Source: Eledone cirrhosa
Taxonomy: Eukaryota
Length of the DNA stretch: 64,000 nucleotides
NCBI GenBank assembly: GCA_964016885.1
Contig: OZ024743.1
Coordinates: 371,008,001-371,072,000, forward strand
Direction of reading: 5' to 3'
Positions within the stretch are counted from its first letter, which is position 1. The number at the start of each line of letters is the position of its first letter. A program made the translations under genes and the position numbers. The notes beneath the pieces are model-generated. The model was not told the origin of the DNA and did no database searches. It saw nothing but the letters and a program-made list of their open reading frames with translations. Positions 23,001 to 34,504 of this stretch are shown piece by piece.

Positions 23001-25167
23001 AACCGCCTCTCCTGCACGCAGCATTTGATTCCTCTTATGCTCAGTCTCTCTCTCAATTCATTTATGCTTTGTCGTTCACGTATATTACTGTTACACATCC
23101 ATCGGAGCATGCAGGCTTCGTTTCTCTCTAATCTACGTAAGTCTTCCACCTTCAGCGCCCAGGTCTCACTACCATGCAACATCGCTGTTCGGATACACGC
23201 ATCATACAGTCTGCCTTTCATTCTGAGGGAGAAGCCTTTTGCAGCTAGCAGTGGTAGTAGTTCCCTAAACTTCTTCCATCCCGTTCTTACCCTAGTTATT
23301 GTACTTTCTGAGCACCCACCTCCGTTGCTAATTCGGTCACCTAGGTAGCAGAAGCTGTCTACTGTTTCTACAGGGCCCTCCCAGAGATTGGTGGTACTTG
23401 TTTCCTGTGGCTGTTTGCTTGCTGTTTCAGCACAGCTGCTGCATGTGAATCCTACATTCTTAATTAAGCTTCCTGAGATCCCGCTACATCTCTTGTGTAC
23501 CCATTGTTTGCATTTGGGGCAAAGAATGGAGTTCCTACCTACACCTTTCCTACATACTGAGCAAGGCCATTTCCCTGAGGGGATCTGGGTTCTGTTTTCT
23601 CGTCTACTTATAAGGACCTTAGTCTTTGTCATGTTGACTTTGAGGCCCTTTCTCTCTAGTCCCTGCTTCCAGGTTTGGAATTTATTCTCTAGTTCTACCA
23701 TAGATTCAGCTATGAGTGCGAGGTCATCAGCATACAGGAGTTCCCATGGGCATCCGGTCTTAAACTCCTCCGTTATTGCCTGCAGGACTATGATGAACAG
23801 GAGAGGGCTAAGAACAGAGCCCTGGTGGACCCCAACCTGTACGCTAAATTCCTCGCTATACTCATTGCCAATCCTAACTTTGCTGACTGCTCCCCTATAC
23901 ATGGCTTGTACCGCTTTCACAAGCCATTCATCTACTCCTAGTTTTCTAAGAGCCCACCAGATTACTGCACGTGGAACTCTGTCAAAGGCTTTCTCAAGGT
24001 CGACAAATGCCAAGTAGAGTGGCTTACTTTTAGCTAGGTACTTTTCCTGTAATTGCCTCACAAGGAAGAGCGCATCAGTGGTGCCTTTCCCTGGAACAAA
24101 CCCAAATTGCATCTCGTCTATATTCACCCGGTCCCTAATCAGCTGTGCTATAACTCTTTCTGTTACTTTCATGACCTGGTCCATCAACTTTATACCTCTA
24201 TAGTTTCCTCTATCTAGTGCATCGCCTTTACCTTTGTAGCAGTTGACAATGATGCTACTGCACCAATCTTTTGGTATGGCCCCCTCTAGTATTACCTGGT
24301 TAACGATACGTGTGGTTATAGTGTGACCTACAGACCCAGATGCCTTCAGCATCTCGGCAGCTATACCCGATGGACCGGTTGCCTTCCCTATCTTCATATC
24401 TCTGATTGCCTTACTTACTACGCTGCCGCTGACTTGTACTGCTGGTCCCTCTATAGGGTCTACGTGGGGTAGGGTCTCTTCTTCCCATGCATTCTCCTCA
24501 TTTAGTAATCTATCATAATGACTCTTCCATGCATCTTTCTTCTCAGCACTTGTGAGGGCAAGCTCACCTTTATCATTCCGGATACACTTCTCTCCAATGA
24601 CATCACAACTATCTCTGACACACTGCCTCGCAATCTTGAATACCTCCTGTTTCTGGTCCTCACGTTGTAAAACATGCTTGAATTTTCTATCCTCTGCTTC
24701 CCTCCTAGCTAAGTATACTTGTCGCCTAGCTTCCCTCTTGGTCTCTATGTAATGTACCCTGCTCCCCCCGTTCTTCCATTCTTTCCATGCCTGTCTCTTG
24801 GCCTTGACTGCTTCATCTACCTTATTGTTCCACCACCAAGTCACTCTCCTCCTGCTTGAGGTCTTACTCCAGCCACAAACCTCATCCGTCGCCTCTAGTA
24901 AGTTATTTTTTAGGAACTCCCAGTTCTCTTCTACGTTAAATGTCTCTATCTGTTCTTCTTTACTGTCGTAGGCGTTGAGTAAAATATCTTTAAATCTGTT
25001 ACTGGTTGAGGTGACTTTCAGCTTCCAGATCTTTCTTCTCCAGGTTGGCCTCTGTTTCAGGGCTCGTCTAGTTCTGACCGTGAGGTCGCTGACAACTAAG
25101 CTATGTTGGGATGTACATTCCTCACTAGGGAAGGCTTTTGTGTTTACGACCGTCCATCTGTCACGTC
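20063..25167 (-). mobile_element. Young RTE LINE insertion: long 5'-truncated copy plus two tandem ~1.2-kb 3' copies
   Basis: Near-identical units at 20063-21264, 21275-22465 and 22476-25167, each with a (GAT)n tail. Identical agatatatgt linker at both junctions. Confidence 0.95.
22772..24844 (-). CDS. RTE reverse transcriptase (uninterrupted, 5'-truncated; internal PHD finger)
   Basis: 690-aa ORF with NYRGIKL, DLEKAFDRV, GVHQGSVLSP, LYADD and a C4HC3 finger. Confidence 0.92.
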   Translation of the reverse strand: MTWWWNNKVDEAVKAKRQAWKEWKNGGSRVHYIETKREARRQVYLARREAEDRKFKHVLQREDQKQEVFKIARQCVRDSCDVIGEKCIRNDKGELALTSAEKKDAWKSHYDRLLNEENAWEEETLPHVDPIEGPAVQVSGSVVSKAIRDMKIGKATGPSGIAAEMLKASGSVGHTITTRIVNQVILEGAIPKDWCSSIIVNCYKGKGDALDRGNYRGIKLMDQVMKVTERVIAQLIRDRVNIDEMQFGFVPGKGTTDALFLVRQLQEKYLAKSKPLYLAFVDLEKAFDRVPRAVIWWALRKLGVDEWLVKAVQAMYRGAVSKVRIGNEYSEEFSVQVGVHQGSVLSPLLFIIVLQAITEEFKTGCPWELLYADDLALIAESMVELENKFQTWKQGLERKGLKVNMTKTKVLISRRENRTQIPSGKWPCSVCRKGVGRNSILCPKCKQWVHKRCSGISGSLIKNVGFTCSSCAETASKQPQETSTTNLWEGPVETVDSFCYLGDRISNGGGCSESTITRVRTGWKKFRELLPLLAAKGFSLRMKGRLYDACIRTAMLHGSETWALKVEDLRRLERNEACMLRWMCNSNIRERQSINELRERLSIRGIKCCVQERRLRWYGHVMRMKDDSCIKRCRALEVDGNRGVGRPKMTWDEVIKADLTQLHLSKSMTHDRDFWRHAVIQGTRPPMGTC

Positions 25168-25369
25168 CTTTAAGTTGGTCTCTAAATATCAGCTTAATAA
25201 TGAGAACGTTATACTAAATCCTTCCAAATTCTTTGTTTTTTTCAAAATTATTTGAAATCATAGGTGGTGTCTTTCATTAGAAATATGGTAACAAAAAGGT
25301 TAAAAGAAGCCAAGGAAGACATAAATAAATAGATGATGGCATATATTTTTTTGTTTTTCTTTTTTGTAG

Positions 25370-26179
25370 GTGGCTTTTCTTTTGGGACTGCGAACAATGC
25401 TGCACCTTCAGCAGGAGGTTTTGCTTTTGGCAGTGCTACTAAAACAACAACAGCTGCAACAGGGGGTTTCTCTTTTGGCAGTGCTGCCAAAACAACTGCT
25501 GCCACTAGTGGATTTTCCTTTGGTGCTGCCACACCATCTTCAAGTGGATTTGCTGCTACTCCAAATACAGGCTTTTCTTTTGGGACTCCGGCTGCTGCTA
25601 CTACAGTCTTGAACCAGGGAGCAACTCCAACAGGTTTTTCTATGGGGGCACAAACAGCAACTCCTGGACAAGCTATTGGGGGGTTTTCTTTCAACACACC
25701 AACTTCTAATCCACCATCAACAGGATTTTCCTTAGGGTCTACTGGGACAACTGGTTTTGGGTCAACTAATACTGCAGGTTTTAACTTTGGAACTCCTGCA
25801 GCCACAACAGCACCAACAGCTACAACTGTGGCAACTACAAATACTGGATTCAATTTTGGTAACCCTGCTTCCACTACAGGGTTTGGTAACCAAGCTTCCA
25901 CTACAGGGTTTGGTAACCCAGCTGCCTCTACAGGTTTTGGCACATCATTTGCTGCAACCACAACATCTGCTGGCAATTGGCTTCTTGGTGCAAAAGCACA
26001 GAATACTGTAGCTCCAACAACTAATACATTAGGATCTGCTACTACTGGAAACCTTTTTGGACAACAGCCAACTACTGGTGGCCTTGGAGTATTAGGAACT
26101 GCTACTGCAACACCTCAAGCTACAACTACATCATCATTATTTGGAAATTTTTCTTTTGGTAAAACAACAGCTGCAACAG
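25370..26179 (+). CDS. FG-nucleoporin (Nup62-like) exon 3, 810 nt, FxFG-repeat domain
   Basis: Acceptor ttttttgtAG and donor CAG|GTTTGT (phase 1-1). Encodes GGFSFG/GFAFG/GFNFG repeats in Thr/Ala-rich spacers; GGFAFGSATKTTTAATGGFSF recalls the Nup62 N-terminus. Nup58 or Nup54 not excluded without the coiled coil. Confidence 0.9.
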
Positions 26180-26449
26180 GTTTGTTCAGATTACTTATAT
26201 TTAGCCTTTCTCTTGATATTTTTTAGGAACAGATGTTGATGATAATAATCATCATCATCACTATTTTATGTCACCCAAAATACAAATCCATATGTGGTCA
26301 CCTGACCTGACTTGTCTCATAACATGACAACCTGTCTAACCATGCATGTGGAGCAAGAAGGCAATAACAGTGCTGAAAGAAGTGAAGAGAGCATTATAAA
26401 GTGAAGTAGAGTAAATAGATATATGAAGGAATTGACAGTAGGAAGGATA

Positions 26450-27217
26450 TATCATCATCGTTTAATGTCCATTTTCCATGCTAGCATGGGTTAGATGGGT
26501 TGTCCTATTTGAGGCAAGTCAGGTCAGATGACGAAGTCTTACTCATACAGAACTGTTTCTGGCTTGGTGTCTATGGCTGAATACACTTCCTAATGCGAAC
26601 CACATTTACAGTGTGTGCTGGTTGGTTTTTGTCGTGACAACTACGCAGCTCAATTTCTCTCTCAGTTCGTTTATGCTTTGCCATTCATGTATATTACTAT
26701 TACACATCCATCGGAACATGCAGGCATCATTTTTTTCCAATTTTTGCAGGTCCTCTGCATACAGTGCCCAGGTTTGACTACCATGTAACATTGCTGTTCA
26801 TATACATGCATAGTACAATCTGCCCTTCATTGTAAGGGAAAAACAATTTGTAGCTAGCAGCAGTAGTAGTTCCCTGAACTTTCTCCATCCCATTCTAACT
26901 CTGGCTACTGTACTTTCAGAGCACCCTCCTCCATTGCTGATTTGGTCACCTAGGTAATGGAAATTGTCAACTATTTCCACAGATCCATCTGGGCGTTTGA
27001 TGGGGCTTGTATCCTGTGGGCACTTGCTACTTACTGCACCTGTGCATCAGCCTCATATAAAACCTGTTCTTTCATAGCCTGACTGTAATCCCACTACATC
27101 TTTTATGTGCCCATAACTTGCATTTGGGACATAGAATGGATTTTCTACCTACTCCTTTCTACATTCTAGGACTTTAACAAGTTAACTTTAAGACCTTTTG
27201 ATTCTAGACCATGCTTC
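26450..27217 (-). mobile_element. Decayed RTE LINE 3' fragment
   Basis: ORFs 26606-26980 (YLGDQISNGGGCSES, MLHGSQTWAL) plus the tail. Confidence 0.9.
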
Positions 27218-27389
27218 GTAAAACAGCATGCAGGTGTCTGAACGAAAGGATAATTAAACTTAAATGTTTTTGAAAATCTAAAAACGGAAAAAGCAAGCTA
27301 TGCTACCCACCAACTTTTTGTACATGTTATATAGTCCCCTCTTTTTTATATATATACAAGGTGTGTTTTCTTTTATCTTTTTCCTTATA

Positions 27390-27530
27390 TAATTGTTTCT
27401 ACCTTTGGCACAAGGCCAGCAATAACCCAGTACATTACTGGTACTTTAATTTATCGACCCCATGAGGATGAAAGGCAGAGTTAACCTGCGCGGGATTTGA
27501 ACTCACACTGTAAAGGGACGTAACTATATA
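27390..27530 (-). mobile_element. tRNA-derived SINE
   Basis: Reverse complement of the 18150 family, including the B-box (gggatttgaactc). Confidence 0.75.
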
Positions 27531-27898
27531 TGTGTATATATATATATATATATGTGTGTGTATATATATATGTATATATATATATATGTGTATATATATA
27601 CATATGTATATATATATACGTATGTCTAACCCATGCTAGCGTAGAAAGAGGACGTTAAACGAGGATGATGATGTATATATCGAACCGCCCACTGAAAAGT
27701 GGACGTGTAGGCGCCATGGAAAAAAAGCACCCAGCACTCACTGTAAATGAGGTTGGTGTTAGGAAGGGCATCCAGCTGTAGAAATCAAGCCAGAATCAGT
27801 TCCCGTATGAGCAAGACAAGGTCAGCCGACCGGACACTACCCACAACAGGACAGTCCGTCTAACCCATGCTAGCGTGGAAGAACGGACGTACAACGGT

Positions 27899-29490
27899 GA
27901 AATATCTCTGCGGCAGTGCTGCCAGCAAAGACGAATATGATGGTAACAATTTAAAGTTGATGGCCCTAAAGAGAGCCTTGGACCGTTCACTCTCAAAAGT
28001 CCCAGCAACAGAGCTGTCAGCAAAGACGACTCCGATTAGAGGTGGTGGCCCTTAAGAAGTCCTTCACACCACTTTGGTGTGTCGTATTTGCTTTGCTTGT
28101 TATTTGAGATTGTAACCTAGAAAAGCATGTAACACATGCTGGAATCTCAAAAAATGTGTAGATAAGATGTAGGGAAAAGTAGATTAATTAGGTTAAAACT
28201 ACGGAACATCGATAGCAAAACGTAATAGCAACATATAAATGCAGTAAACGGAGACATTGAACATTTATAACATATAGCAAAAGCAACCTCAGAGGCATAC
28301 ATGGTATTGTCAAAAGGACAAAAATAGGACATGGATACAGCAAATGTAAGCACTTACACAAAAAAAAAAAAACTGATTACTTATTGGCGGATGGGGTGCC
28401 TACAAAACTTCCTTATAGACTATATTTTGGGTTTTCTCGCGAGTTGCAAAAGCAAATAACTTATGTCGGCTCCCCACTCGAGAGCAGACAATATATAGTT
28501 GACCATGGGAGAAGCACGGTTCTTCTAAATTAAGCCCTACAACCGTCAGCGTCTGACACTGTGATTTGTTAATCGACATGGCGAAACTGAGCCGGAGAGG
28601 GAATTGCAACCTTCTGAATGTGAAAGGAATATCTTTACCGGATGGAATGAGAGGTATCCTTGGTATGAAGACAGTATCCCCCCTACCACATCCTGTAAGT
28701 ATTGTTGCCTCAATAACATGAGGCACTGCCTTTTGGACGATCAGACGCGTGCCGTTGGAGAGCCTTCGGAGTTCTAAATTCCTGAGGAGCATGACAGGGG
28801 CACCTTTCTTAAGTTGCAGAAAGTGTGGTGGAAATCCGGGAGGGTCTAGGGAGTTAAGAAATTCTGTGGGGTAATTAATAACTTCATCTGGATCAGCCAT
28901 AGTGTCAAGGGACTTGTAGACGTGCAGGTTTCCAGGCAAGCACAGCGTAGTGGGAAGAGGGGTCGTAGTTAAAGGCCTTCAACAACCATCGTGAATTGCA
29001 AGTCCTAGAAATGCCACGTAACGATGATCGCCGCTGTTCACTTTCCAGAAGTCGGCCACGTCGTTGCTCTATGGTTTCAGTATTTTGTGCACCATCAGTG
29101 GCAACGGCATCCCTGCTTCGTCGAATGGTGCGTCGTCCACTATCCTCGCGAGCAGCAGCTGTTGCAGTTGCGTCCCTGCTTCGTCGAACGGCGCGCAGTC
29201 CTTCATCCTCTCGCACGCAAACAGCGACTGTTGCAATGATGTCCCTGCCTCGTCGAACGGCACGTCGTTCTTCATCCTCGCGAGCAGCAGTAGCATCTTT
29301 GTTCCATCAAAGTTCACGCCAACTGTCATCCTCCTCCGCTCTTGCAGCTGCCGTCTGCACAGCACTCTGTGAGAGCCTGATCGCAGTCGCATTTACATCT
29401 TCGGTGAGACGCCTTCGCTTAGACCTACTTGCATCATTAGATAATCGACCAATGAAAGTTCTTTTCTTGGGTGAGGGGAGGGGGGCATTG
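27899..29490 (-). mobile_element. Non-autonomous Helitron derivative, second copy (probably extends to ~31500)
   Basis: ATG at 29488 (MPP..RKRTFIGRLSNDASRSKRRR), repeated charged helical N-terminus, and AFNYDP joined to helicase C-terminal ORF 28400-28939 (FSHGQLY..CSRV). Confidence 0.88.
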
Positions 29491-30519
29491 TTTTTAGAAA
29501 ATTAACCAGGGAGAACGATAAATAGTGGACAAGTAACGTTTAAGTAAGCAAATCTAAACACGGATATAAATTGTGAAAAAATGTGATGAATCTATGTGGT
29601 CTGAGAAAGTGGGTATGTTTTGCAAGATTTTGTGTACCAGTCAAATTTCAGGTTTTAAGTTTGGGGCACCGCAGCGTATCGACTACCTGTGATAAAGGAC
29701 ATTAAATAGTGTGGCTACAGTGGTAGGTATATAAGTGTCAGTATGTTTCTTCAATTCGAACATAGCAATAAGTAAGTACTAACCATTGAAAGGATACAGG
29801 CAAAAATGGCAGAAAAATCACATGATAAACTGGAACCTTATGACCATAAACACATTAACTAAACCTCCTTTAAGGTGACAAATGTTGAAGAAATATGGGG
29901 TAGCTTATGAGAGTGCGCATGTAAAAAAACCTACCACTTGTCAAAAGCCAAAAAAGAAGTGTGATCCTAGGTCGGACTTGACCAGTATAAATAGGAGTGA
30001 TTTCGCTTAATGAACAACATTCGAGTTGTCTGATTGGTTAGATAATACAAATAAGTGTGATGAAATCCACTGAACACAACTCACTGATGTGTGGTTGGCC
30101 AGAGGTTGCCATTTCACACTTAATTGAGGTGCAGTTAAACGGGGGAGACAACCAGGTGCAAAAACTAATCAATCATTTGCACAGTTTAGGCATGAGTGTG
30201 AAATAGCACAATCCACATACAGTAGGGATTAAAATTTACACCTGGGTTAAATCACGCTCTCTTAGGAGGGTGAAATGACACCGAAGTTCAAGGAAAAAAA
30301 TTTAACTCCCCATTCCGCACTTAATTGTGGTGCAATTACACAGGAGAGACAACTGGGTGCAAAATTAAATTCAATCATCCTCAAGTTAAATCAGGGGGAT
30401 TTAAAAATTTGCTACTCCATTTGTAACCGATGCGTCAACTTTCATTTAAATTGACTTTTATGTTCAGAAGTTGAAATGCTTTGCTGCGACCATAATATGA
30501 ACTTTAAAAGTGGTCCAAA

Positions 30520-31460
30520 GGGGCTCACTGCCCCCCCCCCCCCCTTAGGGGGTTCCCTTGCAAAATTCAAGTGATAACGAATGTGTGGTGCTTTATCTTA
30601 TGGCAGGCAATAACCATTTCATTTAGTTTTTGTAAGAATCAAGTATAAACTCCCGAGGTTATGGTGCTTTTTTATTGTGGCAGTTTGAACTTTTATAGGT
30701 TAATGAATTGGGACTATTGTCCCCGAGGAGGTCCTCTTGCTGAATTGAAATTAAAGTAAATGTGCCTCACTGTATCTTCGTCTGTAGTACAACTAAGTCG
30801 AAATTTGTTTTATTGGACTACCAATTATCGAAGCTATGATTCTTTGCTGCATTACAATAGCCAAATTCAATAAGTGACTCGCCAGGGCTTACTGCCCTCT
30901 GGGAGTCCTCTTGCTTGTTCCGGGTAAAGACAGTGTCTTCAACATCGTCTTTAGGCAATGGGTAACCAATGTGTCTGGTAAAGTTAAAATCGAACGTAAA
31001 CTTCAAAAGTTATCAGGTACAAATACAGTGTTAATGTGAACTTCAATAGATAAGTCGAAGGAGCTTACTACCCCCCCTCCCACCCCGGACCCCCATGATA
31101 AGTTCAAGTAAAAGTTCATGTGTTCACCTTCCTTTATAAGCCATGGGTAACCAATACGTCTCGCTTCGTGAAAACTAAACACCAACTCAAGCAGTTATGA
31201 CGTTTTGTTGCATTGATGATATCGACTTCAACATTCATCAAGTCAGGTTTACTGCCCCCCAAGGGATCCCCTACCTGAATTTGCGCAAGTGCATGCCTGC
31301 AAATTTATTTGTAGGCCATAAGCAAACAAAAGATTAATTTTGGTGAAGATGGGAGGCAAACTGCAGGAATTATGTGGCCTTTATGCAGTAGTACTGCTGA
31401 CTCCAAGCGCAAGGCTTAAGAGAGTTATATGCCCCTGGGGGGCCCCACAATCGATGTATG
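30520..31460. repeat. Degenerate ~175-190 bp tandem repeat (about 6 units)
   Basis: The core ggg.ttactgcccc...gg..cc recurs near 30520, 30710, 30885, 31059, 31245 and 31422. Confidence 0.65.
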
Positions 31461-31504
31461 GAAAAATAAAATAGCCTACGACGCGTAATAGGACTTCAGA
31501 AACC

Positions 31505-33230
31505 TATGTATGAAGCTCTCAGTCCAGTGACATTGTCTTAGAGAGGTGTAAGTGTGTAAGGTCAGAATTTATCATATTGTCCCAGGTTTTCTGAGTTTAC
31601 CTACTCCGTAACTTCCATTAGTTTTGATTGCCCTGCACTTTTTTATACAGTTGTTGTCTTTCATGCGCATCACGTGACCATACCAACATAGTCTTCTCTC
31701 GAGTAAACAGCATCTGATCCCTCTTATTTCTAATTTTTCCCTTAGCTCACTTATGCTTTGCCGTTCACGTATATTACTATTACACATCCAGCGGAGCATG
31801 CTTGCTTTGTTCCTCTCCAGTCTATGCAGGTCCTCTGCACACAATGCCCATGTCTCACTGCCATGTAACATTGCTGTTCGTATGCACGCATTATACAATC
31901 TGCCTTTCATTTTTAGAGAGAAACCATTAGCAGCCAATAGTGGTATAAACTCTCTGAACTTTTTCGATGCCGTTCTGACTCTGGCTACTGTACTTTCAGA
32001 GCACCCTCCACCACTGCTGATCTTGTCACCCAGGTAACAGAAGGTGTCCACTATTTTTATAGAACCATCTGGGCAAGAGAAGGAGCTAGTATTCTGTGTG
32101 CACTTGCTACTTATTGCACCTGAGCATCGGCCACATATAAAGTCTATGTTCTTAGATAGCTTACCTGTGACCCCACTACATCTTTTATGTACCCATAGTT
32201 TGCATTTGGAACATAAAATGGAATTTCTGCCTACTCCTTTCCTGCACACTGAGCATGGCCATTTCCCAGATGGGACCGGTACCCTATTTTCCTTCCTACA
32301 AACTAGAACTTTAGTCTTAGACAAGTTAACTTTAAAACCTTTTGATTCTAGGCCATGCTTCCATGTTTGGAATTTCTTCTCTAGTTCAGCCATCGATTCA
32401 GCTGAGAGTTAGATCATCAGCGTATAGAAGTTCCCATGGGCAGCCAGTCTTTAACTCCTCTGTTATAGCCTGATGAGCAATAATAAATAGGAGGGGGCTA
32501 GGACAGAGCCTTGATGAACACTAACTTTTATGCTAAATTCTTCACTATATTCGTTGTTAATTCTAACCTTGCTGACTGTTTCTTTATACATGGCTTGTAT
32601 AGCTCTCACTAGCCATTCACTAACACCTAGTTTTCTAAGAGCCCACCAGATAATAGAGCGGGGGACTCTGTCAAAGGCTAAGTAGAGGGGTTTACTTTTA
32701 GCTAGGTACTTCTCCTGTAGTTGACGTACAAGGGAAAGAACGTCTGTGGTACTTTTACCTGACTCAAACCCAAACTGCATTTCATCTAGATCAATTCGCT
32801 CTCTGATTAGTTGTCTATAACTCTTTCTGTGACCTTCATGACCTGGTCAACTAATTTAATGCTTCTGTAGTTTCCCTTATCTAGAGCATCTCCTTTATCC
32901 TTGTAGCAGTTAATAATGATGATGATGCTACGCCAGTCATTTGGTATGATCCCATTCTGCATTACTTGGTTTACCATCTGGGTAATCATTGTGTGTTCCA
33001 GCATTTCAGCAACTCTCTCCGAAGGCCCAGCTAGCTTGCCTGTCTTCATATCTTTGATTGCCTTACTTATTGGATCGATTTGGGGCAGACTATCTTTTCC
33101 CATTTATTCTCCTCATTTAGTAGTCTCTCATTGTGACACTTCCAAGCTACCTTCTTATCAGCATTGGTGATGGCAAGTACACCATCATCATTATGGACAC
33201 ACTTCTCCCCGACAATATCACTGTTTTCCT
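31505..33230 (-). mobile_element. Decayed RTE LINE fragment
   Basis: ORFs 31572-33103 with RT and PHD motifs. Confidence 0.92.
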
Positions 33231-33347
33231 TATATGACACATTGTATATATATGTATATGTATAAATATGTATATATATATATATATATCCATGCTAGCG
33301 TGGAAGAACGGACGTAAAACAGTGATGATGATATATACGTATATATA

Positions 33348-33378
<31 letters not shown>

Positions 33379-33539
33379 CACCTTGACCAACCAGTCTGTC
33401 GGGCGTCCATTCAGCGCCGCTGGTCACAGCACGCAGTCCATTCTTCTCTGGATCGTGCTTTCCTCATCCATGTATTCCCAATCGTATTCTTAAAATCGTA
33501 ACTCCATCCTATATATATATAGATATATATATATATATA

Positions 33540-34485
33540 GTGGACACCTTCCATTACCTGGGTGACAAAATCAGCAGTGGTAGAGGGTGCTCTGAAAGTA
33601 CAGTAGCTAGAGTCAGAACGGGATTGAAAAGGTTCAGAGAGCTTATACCACTATTAGCCGCTAAAGAGTTCTCCCCAAAAATGAAAGGCGGGCTGTATGA
33701 TGCCTGCATACGAACAGCAATGTTACATGGCAGTGAGACTTGGGCATTGTGTGCAGGATATACGCAGACTGGAGAGGAACAAAGCTTGCATACTCCGTTG
33801 GATGTGTAATAGTAATATACGTGAATGGCAAAGCATAAATGAACTAAGTGAAAAATTAGGAATAAGAGGGATCAGATGTTGTTTACTCGAGAGAAGACTA
33901 CGTTGGTAGGGTCACGTGATGCGCATGAAAGACGACAGCTGTATAAAAAAGTGCAGGGCGATCAAAATAGACGGTAGCTACGGAGTAGGCAGACCCAGAA
34001 AAACCTGGGACGACTTAATAAATTCCGACCTCACACACTTACACCTCTCCAAGACAATGTCACTGGACCGAGATCTTTGGCACTACACTGTAATAGAGAA
34101 GACCCGCCTTACCTAAGTACAAAGCGAAACCTAGTCAGTAGGCACCTCTAACAAAAATACACCCCCGACCCCCGTCCCACTATCCCCACCCCATCCACAC
34201 CACCCCTTTTGATGTAAAGTTATGTTGGTACCACAACATCCAGTCCTAAATAAATGAGGTCGTGTAGGTGTCACAACAAAAAAAAAAAACAGTCCATGCT
34301 GTAATGTGGCCGTGTAGGTAACACGGTAATAAGCTCCCAGTCCACACTGTAAACGTGGTTGGTGTTAGGAAGGGCATCCAGCCGTAGAAAACCTGCCAGA
34401 CAGTCCTATACGAGCAAGACAACCAATCTTGCCTCAAGTGGGAAAGTTCCCGTCCAAACCCATGCTAGCGTGGATGATGATGGTG
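33540..34485 (+). mobile_element. RTE LINE 3' fragment with tail
   Basis: ORFs 33540-34116, then the 3' UTR and (GAT)n. Confidence 0.9.
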
Positions 34486-34504
34486 ATATATATGTATATA
34501 TATA

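Larger units (their letters stand above)
19970..25299. mobile_element. piggyBac-type MITE (~220 bp of its own sequence) split by the RTE array
   Basis: TTAA|cccttttgatacca (19966-19983) and tggtaacaaaaagg|TTAA (25286-25303). Confidence 0.75.

Noticed and set aside
25333-25369. MMAYIFLFFFFV 'signal peptide' at the start of the 297-aa ORF
   Set aside because: It is the intron poly-pyrimidine tract; the exon starts after the AG at 25369.
25248-25976. 242-aa minus-strand ORF (PKEKPP repeats)
   Set aside because: It is the antisense shadow of the FG-repeat exon.
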